64,000 nt of DNA, taken from contig DCVE01000013.1 of NCBI GenBank assembly GCA_002328025.1, positions 42,579 through 106,578 on the forward strand. The letters run 5' to 3'. Below the pieces are notes generated by a model that was not told the DNA's origin, searched no databases, and saw only the letters and a program-made list of their open reading frames with translations. Below are positions 10,837 through 20,422 of this stretch, piece after piece (position 1 is the first letter of the stretch; every line of letters starts with the position of its first letter). A program made the position numbers and the translations under genes. This stretch comes from Patescibacteria group bacterium UBA2196 (GTDB taxonomy: Bacteria; Patescibacteriota; Patescibacteriia; UBA2196).

Positions 10837-12522
10837 ATGGAGATATTTAATAAAAACAAAGAAATCGTTGTTTTGTCAATTTTGGCGAGTATTTTTTTTG
10901 TATTTTATTCTTTTTTGCCTTTGGCACAGATTATAAAAAGTGAGGTGCCATTTAGTCAAATTGATTTTAAATTCAATACGCCGGATGAAGTGACTAACTA
11001 TTATTTTACTAAACTTTATTCAAAAACTGGTCAGCTGTATTATGTGGAACCATATAGTTTAATGGCGGGTGGGGTGGTCTTTCCACGTTGGGCTAAGCCA
11101 ATGCAAGAAAAAGTGGTGCCGGGAACTTTTCAGGGATTGATGTTGATTTATGGTGCGTTGGCAAAAGTTTTGAGTACTTGGATAATTCTTTTTTTGACAC
11201 CCTTTTTTGCCGTGTTGGGTGTTGTGTTTTTTTATTTATTGCTTAAATTTTGGTTTGAAAAAAAAACGGCTTTTGTGTCGGCTGTTTTAATGTTTTTATT
11301 TCCTGGCTTTTGGTATTATGCTTCACGTACATTGTTTCATAATGTTTTATTTTTGACCTTGCTCTTGGCGGGACTTTATTTTTTGGTTAATTTATTACAG
11401 ACAGATCCTTTGGGTGAGTACAAATTAAAATCAAAACGTAAATTATTTTTAGCCGTGGCAAGTGGTTTATGTATGGGCGGTGCTTTAATTACACGTTCAT
11501 CAGAGTTTGTGTGGGTGTTTTTAATGGTGGTGGGTATTTTAATTTTTTATCGCAAAAATTTTAAACTTAACTTAAAATATTTAGTCTTGTGTTTTTTATT
11601 TTTTTGTTTATGTGGTGTGCCGGTTTTGCATAACAATAAAATTTTATACGGTTCATACTTGGCTAGTGGCTATTCGCAAATGGTAAGCTCTAATTTGGAA
11701 GATTTAGCGCAAATTAGGCCTATTGGTCTAGTACAAGCGTTATTGTTACCGTTTGGTTTTCACCCACAAGTGATGGTAAACCATGTTTTTGTTAAGTATT
11801 TTTGGCAGCTTTTTTGGCCTTGGGTTTTATTTTTTGTTGGTGGAATGGTTGTATTTTTAAAAAATAAAAAAACTAGTGGACAAAAATTATATTTTTATTT
11901 ATTTTTAGTCACTGGATATTTAATGCCATATTATGGGTCTTGGTTTTTTCAAGATAGTGTTAATCCATACTCAGTTAGTATTGGCTCATCTTATATTCGT
12001 TATTTTTTACCACTATTTATTTTGGCTTTGCCATTTGTTGCTTTGATGTTAATTAAGATTTCTGAGATTATAAAAATTAAAAATAAGAAAGTTGTTTTAG
12101 TCGGTTTAATTTTATTCCTGATTGTTTTGGCTGCTAATTTGGTTTATTTTAGTGGGGAAGAAAATTTGATTGCCATAAAAAACAATCTTTTAATTTATCG
12201 TTTACAAGCTCAAGATGTGGTAAATAAAACCCAACCGAGTGATATAATTTTGATGGATGTTTCTAATGATAAAGTTGTTTTTCCAGAAAGACAACATGTG
12301 GTGGTGCCACAGGGTGGGAACGAACTTTTTATGGTGAGCCGTCTTTTAAAAGTAACAGGGGTTTATTTTTTTTATCGTTCGTCCGAAGTCGATCCAACAT
12401 ATTTGAATCAAACGAAGTTTAATCCTTATAATTTAGAAATTTATGATGGGCAAGAAATTAAGGGTGGAGGAATTTTGTTTAAGGTACAACAAAGGGCAGA
12501 ATATTATGTTTTAAATAAGTAG
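10837..12522 (+). CDS. polytopic membrane protein, GT-C fold glycosyltransferase-like
   Basis: 561 aa with more than 10 TM helices; glycosylation-cluster context. Confidence 0.55.
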   Translation: MEIFNKNKEIVVLSILASIFFVFYSFLPLAQIIKSEVPFSQIDFKFNTPDEVTNYYFTKLYSKTGQLYYVEPYSLMAGGVVFPRWAKPMQEKVVPGTFQGLMLIYGALAKVLSTWIILFLTPFFAVLGVVFFYLLLKFWFEKKTAFVSAVLMFLFPGFWYYASRTLFHNVLFLTLLLAGLYFLVNLLQTDPLGEYKLKSKRKLFLAVASGLCMGGALITRSSEFVWVFLMVVGILIFYRKNFKLNLKYLVLCFLFFCLCGVPVLHNNKILYGSYLASGYSQMVSSNLEDLAQIRPIGLVQALLLPFGFHPQVMVNHVFVKYFWQLFWPWVLFFVGGMVVFLKNKKTSGQKLYFYLFLVTGYLMPYYGSWFFQDSVNPYSVSIGSSYIRYFLPLFILALPFVALMLIKISEIIKIKNKKVVLVGLILFLIVLAANLVYFSGEENLIAIKNNLLIYRLQAQDVVNKTQPSDIILMDVSNDKVVFPERQHVVVPQGGNELFMVSRLLKVTGVYFFYRSSEVDPTYLNQTKFNPYNLEIYDGQEIKGGGILFKVQQRAEYYVLNK

Positions 12523-12532
12523 TTTATTTTTT

Positions 12533-13117
12533 ATGATTGTGCGTCTTGTAAAAATATTTTTAATTTTATTTTTTATTGCACTAACCGTTTGGTTGTTGTG
12601 GTTTGATTTTGTACCAGGTAAAAATTTGGTGGTTAATTATGATTTTTGTACCACAAGTCCCATGCTGACAGAATTTTCTCCCGGTGATAGATTGTGGCCA
12701 GTGGAAAAAACCCAAGAAGGGTGTTGGCAAAAAATGGCCAAGAGCCCAGTTTATTTTGATGTACGCACTCCGCAAGTTTTTAAAACAGCTGAAGTTGAAA
12801 TTAAATATAAAAATTTAGGTGAAGAGAAATTTCAAATTGGACCACAAATTATTAAAAATGAGTGGCAGTGGTTTTTGGTTGATATTTTACCAACCGAACA
12901 AACGGGTGAGTGGCAAGTGGTAAAAATTAATTTTAATTTAGAGAATGTTTATCAAGGAGCGCCAATGATGCGTTGGCTTGTTTCGGCGCCCAACCTTGAA
13001 CAAAATCAACAAAGCATTGTAATCGGTGCTATTAAAATTGTTTTTCAAAAAGATCGATTAAGTTTTGTTAACGTCACAGAACAAATAAAAAATTATCTAA
13101 GGAAAATAAAAAGATAA
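12533..13117 (+). CDS. hypothetical protein, N-terminal TM anchor
   Basis: ORF track; single N-terminal TM helix. Confidence 0.5.
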   Translation: MIVRLVKIFLILFFIALTVWLLWFDFVPGKNLVVNYDFCTTSPMLTEFSPGDRLWPVEKTQEGCWQKMAKSPVYFDVRTPQVFKTAEVEIKYKNLGEEKFQIGPQIIKNEWQWFLVDILPTEQTGEWQVVKINFNLENVYQGAPMMRWLVSAPNLEQNQQSIVIGAIKIVFQKDRLSFVNVTEQIKNYLRKIKR

Positions 13118-13120
13118 AAT

Positions 13121-13300
13121 ATGATGAAAGATTTTTTTCAGGATTTTTTTGTTATTAATATGAGTGCTTTTTTCTTTTTTTTCACTTTAGAATTAATTAA
13201 GGAAGGTTTGGTTTCCAATCACTTTAATTTGAATATAATTTTAGTAGTAATTATTTTTTCTGGCTTTTTGGTGCTCATCTATAATTTAAAAAAAAATTAA
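13121..13300 (+). CDS. possible small membrane protein (59 aa)
   Basis: ATG 4 nt after the upstream stop; one hydrophobic helix; below the ORF-track length cutoff. Confidence 0.25.
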   Translation: MMKDFFQDFFVINMSAFFFFFTLELIKEGLVSNHFNLNIILVVIIFSGFLVLIYNLKKN

Positions 13301-13313
13301 TTAAAAAAATTTT

Positions 13314-13733
13314 ATGTCTGACTGCGTTGTTTGTAAAATTATTAATAAAAAAATTCCCGCGGAAATTATTTATGAAGATGATAAATTCATGGCTTTTTTG
13401 GATGTTCATCCTTCGGCGCCAGGTCACACAATGGTGGTGACTAAAAAGCACGTTTCCACCATGTTTGATTTAGAGACAAACAAGCTTGGTGAGTTATATA
13501 AAAAGGTGTGCGAGATTGCCTTGGCGATAAAAAATTCTGAGATTAAAGCGACGGGTTTTAATATCGGAGTGAATCATTGGAAAACAGCTGGGCAAGAATT
13601 AGAACACCTACATGTGCACATTATTCCCCGTTTTGAAGGCGATGGTGGTGGTGCCATACAGTCAATTGTAAACAATGAAAGTAAAGATAGCTTAAGAGAT
13701 ATAGCAGAAAAAATTATAAGCCAGATTGATTAG
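13314..13733 (+). CDS. HIT family protein (histidine triad hydrolase)
   Basis: HIT motif HLHVHIIPR. Confidence 0.85.
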   Translation: MSDCVVCKIINKKIPAEIIYEDDKFMAFLDVHPSAPGHTMVVTKKHVSTMFDLETNKLGELYKKVCEIALAIKNSEIKATGFNIGVNHWKTAGQELEHLHVHIIPRFEGDGGGAIQSIVNNESKDSLRDIAEKIISQID

Positions 13734-15089
13734 TTATTGTATTTGGCTAACAAAAAGACCTTCGGCGGAATTAAACCAATAAAGATTATTACCCTTACTG
13801 TTAATAAGCAGGCGATCGGCTTTTTTGAATTTAGAGAAACTGGTAGTTTCACGGCGATAGTTAATCATCACTAGTTCATTGATGACCAACTCCTCAGTGG
13901 TGAGATACATGATGTGTGTGGGTATTGGATACCAAAGTACGTCTTTAATTTTTGAACCTAATCGTGTAATGAGTTGTTTAGGATTGTCTTTTTTAGCAGT
14001 TTCCCAAATCCAAATTTCATAAGCATTGCCAAAGAGGAAAGAATCTTGCTCTTGACTCCAAGTAATAAAATTGACGTCCGGAATAATCACCTTTTTGGTG
14101 TTGATTTTTTTTTGTTGTGGATCAAAAACGTAGAGCAGTTGATTTTTTTGATCAATTAAATTTATAATACCTGTTGGTGCGGGATAAATTTGATAATTGT
14201 CAGACCACGGTAATGAGCTGACCGGGATTTCTTTGGTTGGATTTGAAGGTGAAAATAATTTTAACTCTATTGCGTTGTCTCTTTCTTTTAGATAGTAGAT
14301 ATCGCCAGTAGAAATAATTTCAAAATCAATAATGTTGTTATTGGAGATTGTTTTGAGGACGACTTGATTGGGAATGATAATTTTATCAATACCAAAACGA
14401 GACAAACCAAGTAGGGTTAGGGGGTTTTGTGGGTCAAAAACAATTTTTTTGTAATTTTCTGGTGCCCAAGCACTAATATTTAAGGTTTGTTGGTTAGAAA
14501 AATCTACCCAATACCAGACGTTGGATACGTTTTTTATTAGCGCTTGATTACCAGATTCGTTAAGGGTAATAGTATTAATTTCTGTACTGTTTATTTTTAC
14601 ACTTTTTAAAGATCCATCTTCAGCATTAAATAGGAAAAGTTCTTTTTTGTTGCCATTTTCATAGGTGGTGGAAAAAGCTAAATGATTTTTTTGTGAGTTA
14701 GAAAAAATTTTAATTTCGGCTTTTAATAAAATTTCTGTAGCTGGATTAGTTTTGAAAAGACGAATATACTGTGCAAAGGCTGTTTCACCAGGGAAAATAC
14801 GCAGATCTTTGGTCCACGGCAGGTAATCCTGTTTTTTGACCTCAACGTGGTATTCGCCGGGGGTCAGGTTTTTTAGACGAGCGGTGGTTTTTTCAGTTAG
14901 CAGCGTTCCATTGAGATAAATATCCGCAGTGTCAGGCTTTGATTCTAAAAATAAAACCCCGGTTTTTTGCCAGGTTTTTTGTTGCCAATTAAATTTATAA
15001 CCTTGAGCCCAAATCAACACTAGGGGCGCAGTGATAAAAAAGACCAAAAAAAATATAATATAAATAATGCGACGGTGGAAAAGAGTCAT
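13734..15089 (-). CDS. hypothetical membrane-anchored protein with PEGA-like domain
   Basis: N-terminal TM helix; PEGA-like LTPGEYHVEV; beta-rich remainder. Confidence 0.5.
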   Translation of the reverse strand: MTLFHRRIIYIIFFLVFFITAPLVLIWAQGYKFNWQQKTWQKTGVLFLESKPDTADIYLNGTLLTEKTTARLKNLTPGEYHVEVKKQDYLPWTKDLRIFPGETAFAQYIRLFKTNPATEILLKAEIKIFSNSQKNHLAFSTTYENGNKKELFLFNAEDGSLKSVKINSTEINTITLNESGNQALIKNVSNVWYWVDFSNQQTLNISAWAPENYKKIVFDPQNPLTLLGLSRFGIDKIIIPNQVVLKTISNNNIIDFEIISTGDIYYLKERDNAIELKLFSPSNPTKEIPVSSLPWSDNYQIYPAPTGIINLIDQKNQLLYVFDPQQKKINTKKVIIPDVNFITWSQEQDSFLFGNAYEIWIWETAKKDNPKQLITRLGSKIKDVLWYPIPTHIMYLTTEELVINELVMINYRRETTSFSKFKKADRLLINSKGNNLYWFNSAEGLFVSQIQ

Positions 15090-15233
15090 GGTGACTTATA
15101 GATTATTTAGATATTAATTTTAATGTTAACAAAAAACCGTTTAAAAATCAATTTTTTGTTTTTTTAAATTGTGCTATAATAAAAAAGTGCTAAGTTTAAT
15201 AAGCATTTTATTTTTTTATATTATTTATATTAT

Positions 15234-16523
15234 ATGGATTATCCGCAACTACACGATGAGGTTAAACAGTCCAATTCAAAAAAAAGGTGGTTGTTTCGTT
15301 TTATAATTGTTATTTTGGTAGGCGTTATAATTTTTATGGCTTTTGGTTTTGGTCGAACGATTGGTAAACGCACCATTACGACACAGGTGCCTGAAACTTC
15401 AGCCAATACCCAGTTTGGCCAAGTGTTGGACAAAGGACAAATACCAGATTATCTAAAAAAAGATGTCAATTTTGATATTTTTTGGCAGGTGTGGAGTAAA
15501 ATTCAAAATGAATACATTGAGCGACCAGTGCCAGAAACAAAACTTTTCTATGGTGCCATGGTGGGTTTGGTGGCGGCACTGGGAGATCCGTACTCTATGT
15601 TTTTAGAGCCGCAAACTTCAAAGGAATTTCAAGCAGAGTTGCAAGGACACTTCGAAGGTATTGGCGCTGAAATTGCTGTAAAAAGTAATCAACTGACAGT
15701 TGTTTCGCCATTGCCAGAATCGCCAGCTGAAAAAGCTGGACTTAAGGCCGGTGATAAGATCGTTTTAATTGACGATTTAACCACGACTGGTCTTGACGCC
15801 AGTCAGGCAGTGCAAAAAATTCGTGGTCCCAAAGGAACTCAGGTGGTTTTGACCATTGCGCGTGGAGATACTTTGGAACAGAAAAAAATTACCATTATTC
15901 GTGATACAATTAAGATTGTTTCTGCATCGTGGAAAATGGAAGAAAAAAATAGTAAAAAAATTGCTGTCATTAAATTATCAAATTTTAATGAAGACACCGA
16001 TAGTCGTCTAATTACGGCAATTAATGAAATTTTAACCAAAAACCCGCAGGGTATTGTATTAGATTTACGTGGCAACCCCGGTGGTTATATAGATCAAGCC
16101 ATTAGCGTTGGTTCGCATTGGGTGAGTGCTGGAAAAACCATTGTGCTGGAAAAGTTTTTTGATAATAAACAAACACAGCATTTGGCCAATGGACGGGCTG
16201 AATTGAAAAATTATAAAACCGTAGTTTTAATTAACAAAGGTTCAGCTTCAGCTTCGGAAATTGTGGCAGGTGCTCTAAAGGACAATCAACTGGCTACCAT
16301 TGTGGGCGAACAAAGTTTTGGTAAGGGTTCAGTCCAAAATTTGGAAGATTTACCAGATGGTTCGGCGATTAAATTAACTGTTGCGCGATGGCTAACGCCC
16401 AACGGTACAACAATTGATAAACAGGGTATTACGCCTGATGTGGTGGTTGAATTAACTGAACAAGATTTTAATGACAATAAAGATCCGCAGTTGGAAAAGG
16501 CGTTGGATTTATTAACACAATAA
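15234..16523 (+). CDS. ctp: carboxyl-terminal processing protease (S41 family, Ctp)
   Basis: PDZ domain plus S41 signature GSASASEIVAGAL; N-terminal TM anchor. Confidence 0.85.
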   Translation: MDYPQLHDEVKQSNSKKRWLFRFIIVILVGVIIFMAFGFGRTIGKRTITTQVPETSANTQFGQVLDKGQIPDYLKKDVNFDIFWQVWSKIQNEYIERPVPETKLFYGAMVGLVAALGDPYSMFLEPQTSKEFQAELQGHFEGIGAEIAVKSNQLTVVSPLPESPAEKAGLKAGDKIVLIDDLTTTGLDASQAVQKIRGPKGTQVVLTIARGDTLEQKKITIIRDTIKIVSASWKMEEKNSKKIAVIKLSNFNEDTDSRLITAINEILTKNPQGIVLDLRGNPGGYIDQAISVGSHWVSAGKTIVLEKFFDNKQTQHLANGRAELKNYKTVVLINKGSASASEIVAGALKDNQLATIVGEQSFGKGSVQNLEDLPDGSAIKLTVARWLTPNGTTIDKQGITPDVVVELTEQDFNDNKDPQLEKALDLLTQ

Positions 16524-16536
16524 TTTTTTAAAAATT

Positions 16537-16995
16537 ATGAAAGTAATATTTTTACAAGACATAAAAAATGTGGCTAAAAAGAATGATATAAAAGAAGTTA
16601 CTGCTGGTTATGCGTTTAATTTTTTATTACCACAAAAAATGGCTGAAGTGGCGACTGATGAGAAAATTAAACAGGCGCAAATAAATAAACAAAAAAATCA
16701 GACTTATGAGAAAAAAGTTAAAACAAAATTACATAAAGGGGCCGCAAAAATTAATAATCAATTAATTCACATTGAAAAAAAAGCCTCTGACAAGGGACAT
16801 TTGTTTGCGGCGGTGTCAGCCGAAGAAGTGGCTGGAGCCATAAAAAATGAATTGGGTTTAGTTTTTGATTCCAAAGATTTAAAAATTAAAGAACACATAA
16901 AAGAAATTGGTACTCACAATGTTGAGGTGGTTTTGGCCAGTCAAAAAATTTTTTTAAAGATTTTAGTGACCGCCACGATTGAAGCGAAGTCTTAA
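16537..16995 (+). CDS. rplI: 50S ribosomal protein L9
   Basis: MKVIFLQDIKNV...AGYAFNFLLPQ L9 N-domain. Confidence 0.85.
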   Translation: MKVIFLQDIKNVAKKNDIKEVTAGYAFNFLLPQKMAEVATDEKIKQAQINKQKNQTYEKKVKTKLHKGAAKINNQLIHIEKKASDKGHLFAAVSAEEVAGAIKNELGLVFDSKDLKIKEHIKEIGTHNVEVVLASQKIFLKILVTATIEAKS

Positions 16996-17002
16996 AAATT
17001 AT

Positions 17003-17030
17003 TGCCGCATTAAAGCGGCTTTTTAAAATA
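17003..17030 (+). terminator. weak intrinsic terminator after rplI
   Basis: GCCGC-ATTAAA-GCGGC followed by TTTTT. Confidence 0.3.
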
Positions 17031-17037
17031 TTTTTTT

Positions 17038-18678
17038 ATGCAGAAGGTTAAAAAATATATTTTTGTGGTGGGCGGTGTGATGTCGTCGGTTGGCAAGGGC
17101 GTGGCAGCCGCTTCGTTGGCTAAAATTTTACAGTCCAAGGGTTATAGTATTGCCAGCATAAAATGTGATATGTATGTAAATGTGGATGCGGGTACCATTC
17201 GGCCGGCAGAGCATGGCGAGGTTTTTGTGGGCGAAGATGGAGTGGAAGCCGACCAGGATTTGGGTAATTATGAAAGGTTTACAAACCAAACTTGCACGCG
17301 TGATAATTATATCACCACGGGCCAGGTTTATCAGGAAGTTATTCGGCGGGAAAGAAATTTGGAATACGATGGCGAGGATGTCGAGGTGGTGCCGGATATT
17401 CCGAATGAAATAATTAGGCGTATTGAGGTTTGTCAAAGAAAAAACAAAGCCGAGGTGACAGTGGTGGAAATTGGTGGCACAGTTGGCGAATATCAAGTTT
17501 TGTTGTTTTTAGAAGCAGCCAGAATGATGAAAGTAAAAAATCCGGCAGATGTGTTTTTTGTCTTGGTTAGTTATTTACCAACCCCAACGATTTTGGGTGA
17601 ACAAAAATCAAAACCAACACAGTATGCCATTCGGACGCTTAATTCAGCTGGTATTATGCCGGATTTTATTTTATGTCGAGCTGATCGAGCGGTTAAAGAA
17701 AATATCAAAAACACCATCAGCACCGTGTGTAGTTTGCCGCACGAACGTATTATTTCTGCGCCAGATGTTTATTCAATTTATGATGTGCCAATTAATTTTG
17801 AAAAAGAAAATTTGGGTCAGGTGATGTTGCAGACCATGGGTTTAAAAGCCAGAACACAAAAACTTGAAGATTGGAAAAAATTAGCTTCTAAAATAAAAAA
17901 AATAAATAAAAAAGTTACTATTGGCATTGTGGGTAAATATTTTAATTTTAAGTCGTGTCGTGATACTTACATTTCTGTTATTGAGGCCATCAACCACGCA
18001 TGTTGGTTTAATAATGTTAAACCAGAAATTTTATGGTTGGATTCAGAAGAATATGAAAAAAATGATAAAAAATTAAAAGAACTAAAAAATGTTGATGGTA
18101 TTATTGTGCCGGGAGGTTTTGGTCAGCGTGGTACAGAAGGTATGCTTTTAGCAGCTCGTTATGCCAGAGAAAATAAAATTCCATATTTTGGTTTGTGTTT
18201 GGGTATGCAAATTATGACCATTGAATTTTCACGGAATGTTTTAAAATTAAAAAAAGCTAATTCAACTGAACTGGATCTAAATACAACCAACCCAGTTATT
18301 GCAACGATGGAAGAGCAAAAGAAAAATATTGCGGAAAAAAATTATGGTGGCACCATGCGTTTGGGTTCTTATAAAGCCAACCTAGAAATAGATTCCTTAA
18401 GTTATAAGGCTTATGGGGAAAAAATAATTTCTGAACGTCATCGCCATCGGTATGAATTTAATAATTATTATCAACAAAGACTAGAAGCAGCTGGTTTAAA
18501 AGTAACTGGTTTCAATCGTGAGCGGGGATTGGTAGAAATTGTGGAGGTAAAAAATCATCCGTGGATGGTGGGTGTACAGTTTCATCCAGAGTTTAAATCG
18601 CGACCGCTTAATCCGCACCCGTTGTTTAAAGATTTTGTCAAAGCTAGTTTAAAGAGAAAAAATAAAATAAAAAAATAG
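17038..18678 (+). CDS. pyrG: CTP synthase
   Basis: YIFVVGGVMSSVGKG N-term; C-terminal glutamine amidotransferase domain (GLCLGMQ). Confidence 0.9.
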   Translation: MQKVKKYIFVVGGVMSSVGKGVAAASLAKILQSKGYSIASIKCDMYVNVDAGTIRPAEHGEVFVGEDGVEADQDLGNYERFTNQTCTRDNYITTGQVYQEVIRRERNLEYDGEDVEVVPDIPNEIIRRIEVCQRKNKAEVTVVEIGGTVGEYQVLLFLEAARMMKVKNPADVFFVLVSYLPTPTILGEQKSKPTQYAIRTLNSAGIMPDFILCRADRAVKENIKNTISTVCSLPHERIISAPDVYSIYDVPINFEKENLGQVMLQTMGLKARTQKLEDWKKLASKIKKINKKVTIGIVGKYFNFKSCRDTYISVIEAINHACWFNNVKPEILWLDSEEYEKNDKKLKELKNVDGIIVPGGFGQRGTEGMLLAARYARENKIPYFGLCLGMQIMTIEFSRNVLKLKKANSTELDLNTTNPVIATMEEQKKNIAEKNYGGTMRLGSYKANLEIDSLSYKAYGEKIISERHRHRYEFNNYYQQRLEAAGLKVTGFNRERGLVEIVEVKNHPWMVGVQFHPEFKSRPLNPHPLFKDFVKASLKRKNKIKK

Positions 18679-18686
18679 AAAAACAA

Positions 18687-18712
18687 AAGACGGCAAAAAA
18701 ATGAGCCGTCTT
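18687..18712. terminator. bidirectional intrinsic terminator between pyrG (+) and rpmA (-)
   Basis: AAGACGGC-loop-GCCGTCTT 8-bp stem flanked by A-run and T-run. Confidence 0.5.
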
Positions 18713-18734
18713 TTGAAATTTGAACTTTATTTTA

Positions 18735-19010
18735 TTATACTAATATACTAACAAATTTTTTCCACTTAAGCTTGCCAACAAAGGTTGTTTTTTTGCGGCG
18801 ATAAAAATGAACCTTACCAGGTTTAATGGCAAACAAGGTATCGTCTTTACCTTTCATGATGTTTTTACCGGGGTTAAACTTGGTGCCACGTTGGCGAATA
18901 ATAATGGCGCCAGCTTTGGCAATTTCGCCTTCATACAACTTAACACCCAAACGCTTAGAGATTGAATCGCGACCCAACTTTGTTGAGCCCTGTGCTTTTC
19001 TATGTGCCAT
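18735..19010 (-). CDS. rpmA: 50S ribosomal protein L27
   Basis: [16 protein letters not shown]...; stands alone without rplU upstream. Confidence 0.9.
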   Translation of the reverse strand: MAHRKAQGSTKLGRDSISKRLGVKLYEGEIAKAGAIIIRQRGTKFNPGKNIMKGKDDTLFAIKPGKVHFYRRKKTTFVGKLKWKKFVSILV

Positions 19011-19186
19011 ATAAAATAGAAGCGTTAAAATGCAGTTAAGTGCACTAACGCGGAATTAATATTTGTTTTATTCTAACAAATTATAACTTAAGTGTCAAAT
19101 TGTGGAAACAAAGATTATTGTGTATAATGGAGAATGATAACAGTTGGTTTTAAAATTCAAAATTAAGAATTAAAAATTTTAATTGT

Positions 19187-19600
19187 ATGTATAGTTCAAT
19201 AGTTTTAGAGCATTTTAAAAATCCACATAATCAAGGCGTCATTCTTGATGCTGATGCTGTGGGTCAAGTTGGTAATCCAGTGTGCGGTGATATTATGAAG
19301 TTGTATTTAAAATTTAGCGAAGCTGATAAAGATAAGTCCCTTGAAGAAAGGGTGATTGAAGATATAAAGTTTGAAACACTTGGTTGCGGCGCGGCTATTG
19401 CCTCCACTTCCATGCTGACAGATTTGGCCAAAGGCAAAACTGTGGCCGAGGCTTTAAAAATTACTAAACAAAACGTGGCAGATGCTTTGGGCGGTTTGCC
19501 GGCCGTTAAGATTCATTGTTCAATTTTAGCTACAGAGGCTTTAGAAAAAGCAGTAAAAAATTATTCCGCCAGCCTTGAGCGACCGAGCCCCGCAGTATAG
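19187..19600 (+). CDS. iscU: Fe-S cluster assembly scaffold, NifU/IscU N-domain type
   Basis: PVCGDIMKLY...LGCGAAIAS...IHCSILA conserved Cys ligands; last ~10 codons run into a GC-rich repeat element. Confidence 0.8.
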   Translation: MYSSIVLEHFKNPHNQGVILDADAVGQVGNPVCGDIMKLYLKFSEADKDKSLEERVIEDIKFETLGCGAAIASTSMLTDLAKGKTVAEALKITKQNVADALGGLPAVKIHCSILATEALEKAVKNYSASLERPSPAV

Positions 19601-19710
19601 TGGGACGAGGGAGCCGAAAGGTCTTAAATTTAAATTTATAAATCAATCCCTTAAATGAGCCATGGGATCCCTCGGCTCATAGCGACCAAAAAGGCCGCTC
19701 GGGATAAATT
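19580..19710 (+). repeat. GC-rich repeat element region (includes GATCCCTCG...CTCGGGAT copy at 19666-19705)
   Basis: local GC spike; shares terminal motifs with the in-frame insertion in iscS. Confidence 0.4.
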
Positions 19711-19723
19711 ACAAAAAAACATT

Positions 19724-20161
19724 ATGAAAAATCCTATCATACGCACAATTTATTTGTATCTTTTTGCCCTGGTTGGTTTAGCCATGTTAGTCATTGGGCT
19801 TTCTATGATTATTAATTTGGGTTTAAAGACCTGGATTTTTACCCAAGCTGATAGAGTGGATAATTATATGAGCCAGCCAATGCCTCTTTATTTAAACAAA
19901 GAAATGGCTACGGTTGAAAATTTGCAAGCTTGTCAAGATAAATGTTCATTAACAAACGAACAAAAAACTCAAATTGCTAATTGGTTAGCTGATTATGAAA
20001 ATTGGAAAAATACAGAAAAGAATCGTGATCCTAATTTTTATCAAAAACAAAATCGCCAAAGACAAGCCGCTACAGCTATTTCTTTAATTTTGGTTGGTTT
20101 GCCACTTTGGTTATTTCATTGGAGCGTTATAAAAAAAGATAATAAAGAAAAAGAGGTTTAA
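19724..20161 (+). CDS. hypothetical membrane protein (2 TM)
   Basis: ORF track, start moved to internal MKNPII after the repeat element. Confidence 0.5.
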   Translation: MKNPIIRTIYLYLFALVGLAMLVIGLSMIINLGLKTWIFTQADRVDNYMSQPMPLYLNKEMATVENLQACQDKCSLTNEQKTQIANWLADYENWKNTEKNRDPNFYQKQNRQRQAATAISLILVGLPLWLFHWSVIKKDNKEKEV

Positions 20162-20182
20162 TATAATTAAAAATTTAAAAAT

Positions 20183-20413
20183 ATGAATATACAAGAAAAA
20201 ATACAACAAGAGTTAGATTTAATTCGTCCGCATTTACAAATGGATGGGGGAGATGTGGAGCTGGCGGAATTTGACGAAGCTACGGGTGTGTTGAAATTGC
20301 GTTTGCAAGGGCATTGCGCAGGTTGTCCCATGAGTCAAACAACTTTGCAAGAAGGCATTGGCCGGGCCGTGAAAGAGAAAGTTTCGGAAGTTAAAGAAAT
20401 TGTGGCGGTGTAA
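20183..20413 (+). CDS. Nfu/NifU C-terminal-domain Fe-S cluster carrier
   Basis: CAGCPMSQTTL CxxC motif; 76 aa. Confidence 0.7.
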   Translation: MNIQEKIQQELDLIRPHLQMDGGDVELAEFDEATGVLKLRLQGHCAGCPMSQTTLQEGIGRAVKEKVSEVKEIVAV

Positions 20414-20422
20414 AATAATTTT

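Noticed and set aside
19015-19186. Inverted repeat GCGTTAA...TTAACGC upstream of rpmA as a regulatory element
   Set aside because: Only a 6-7 bp stem with a 20-nt loop in an AT-rich divergent promoter region; not distinguishable from chance.
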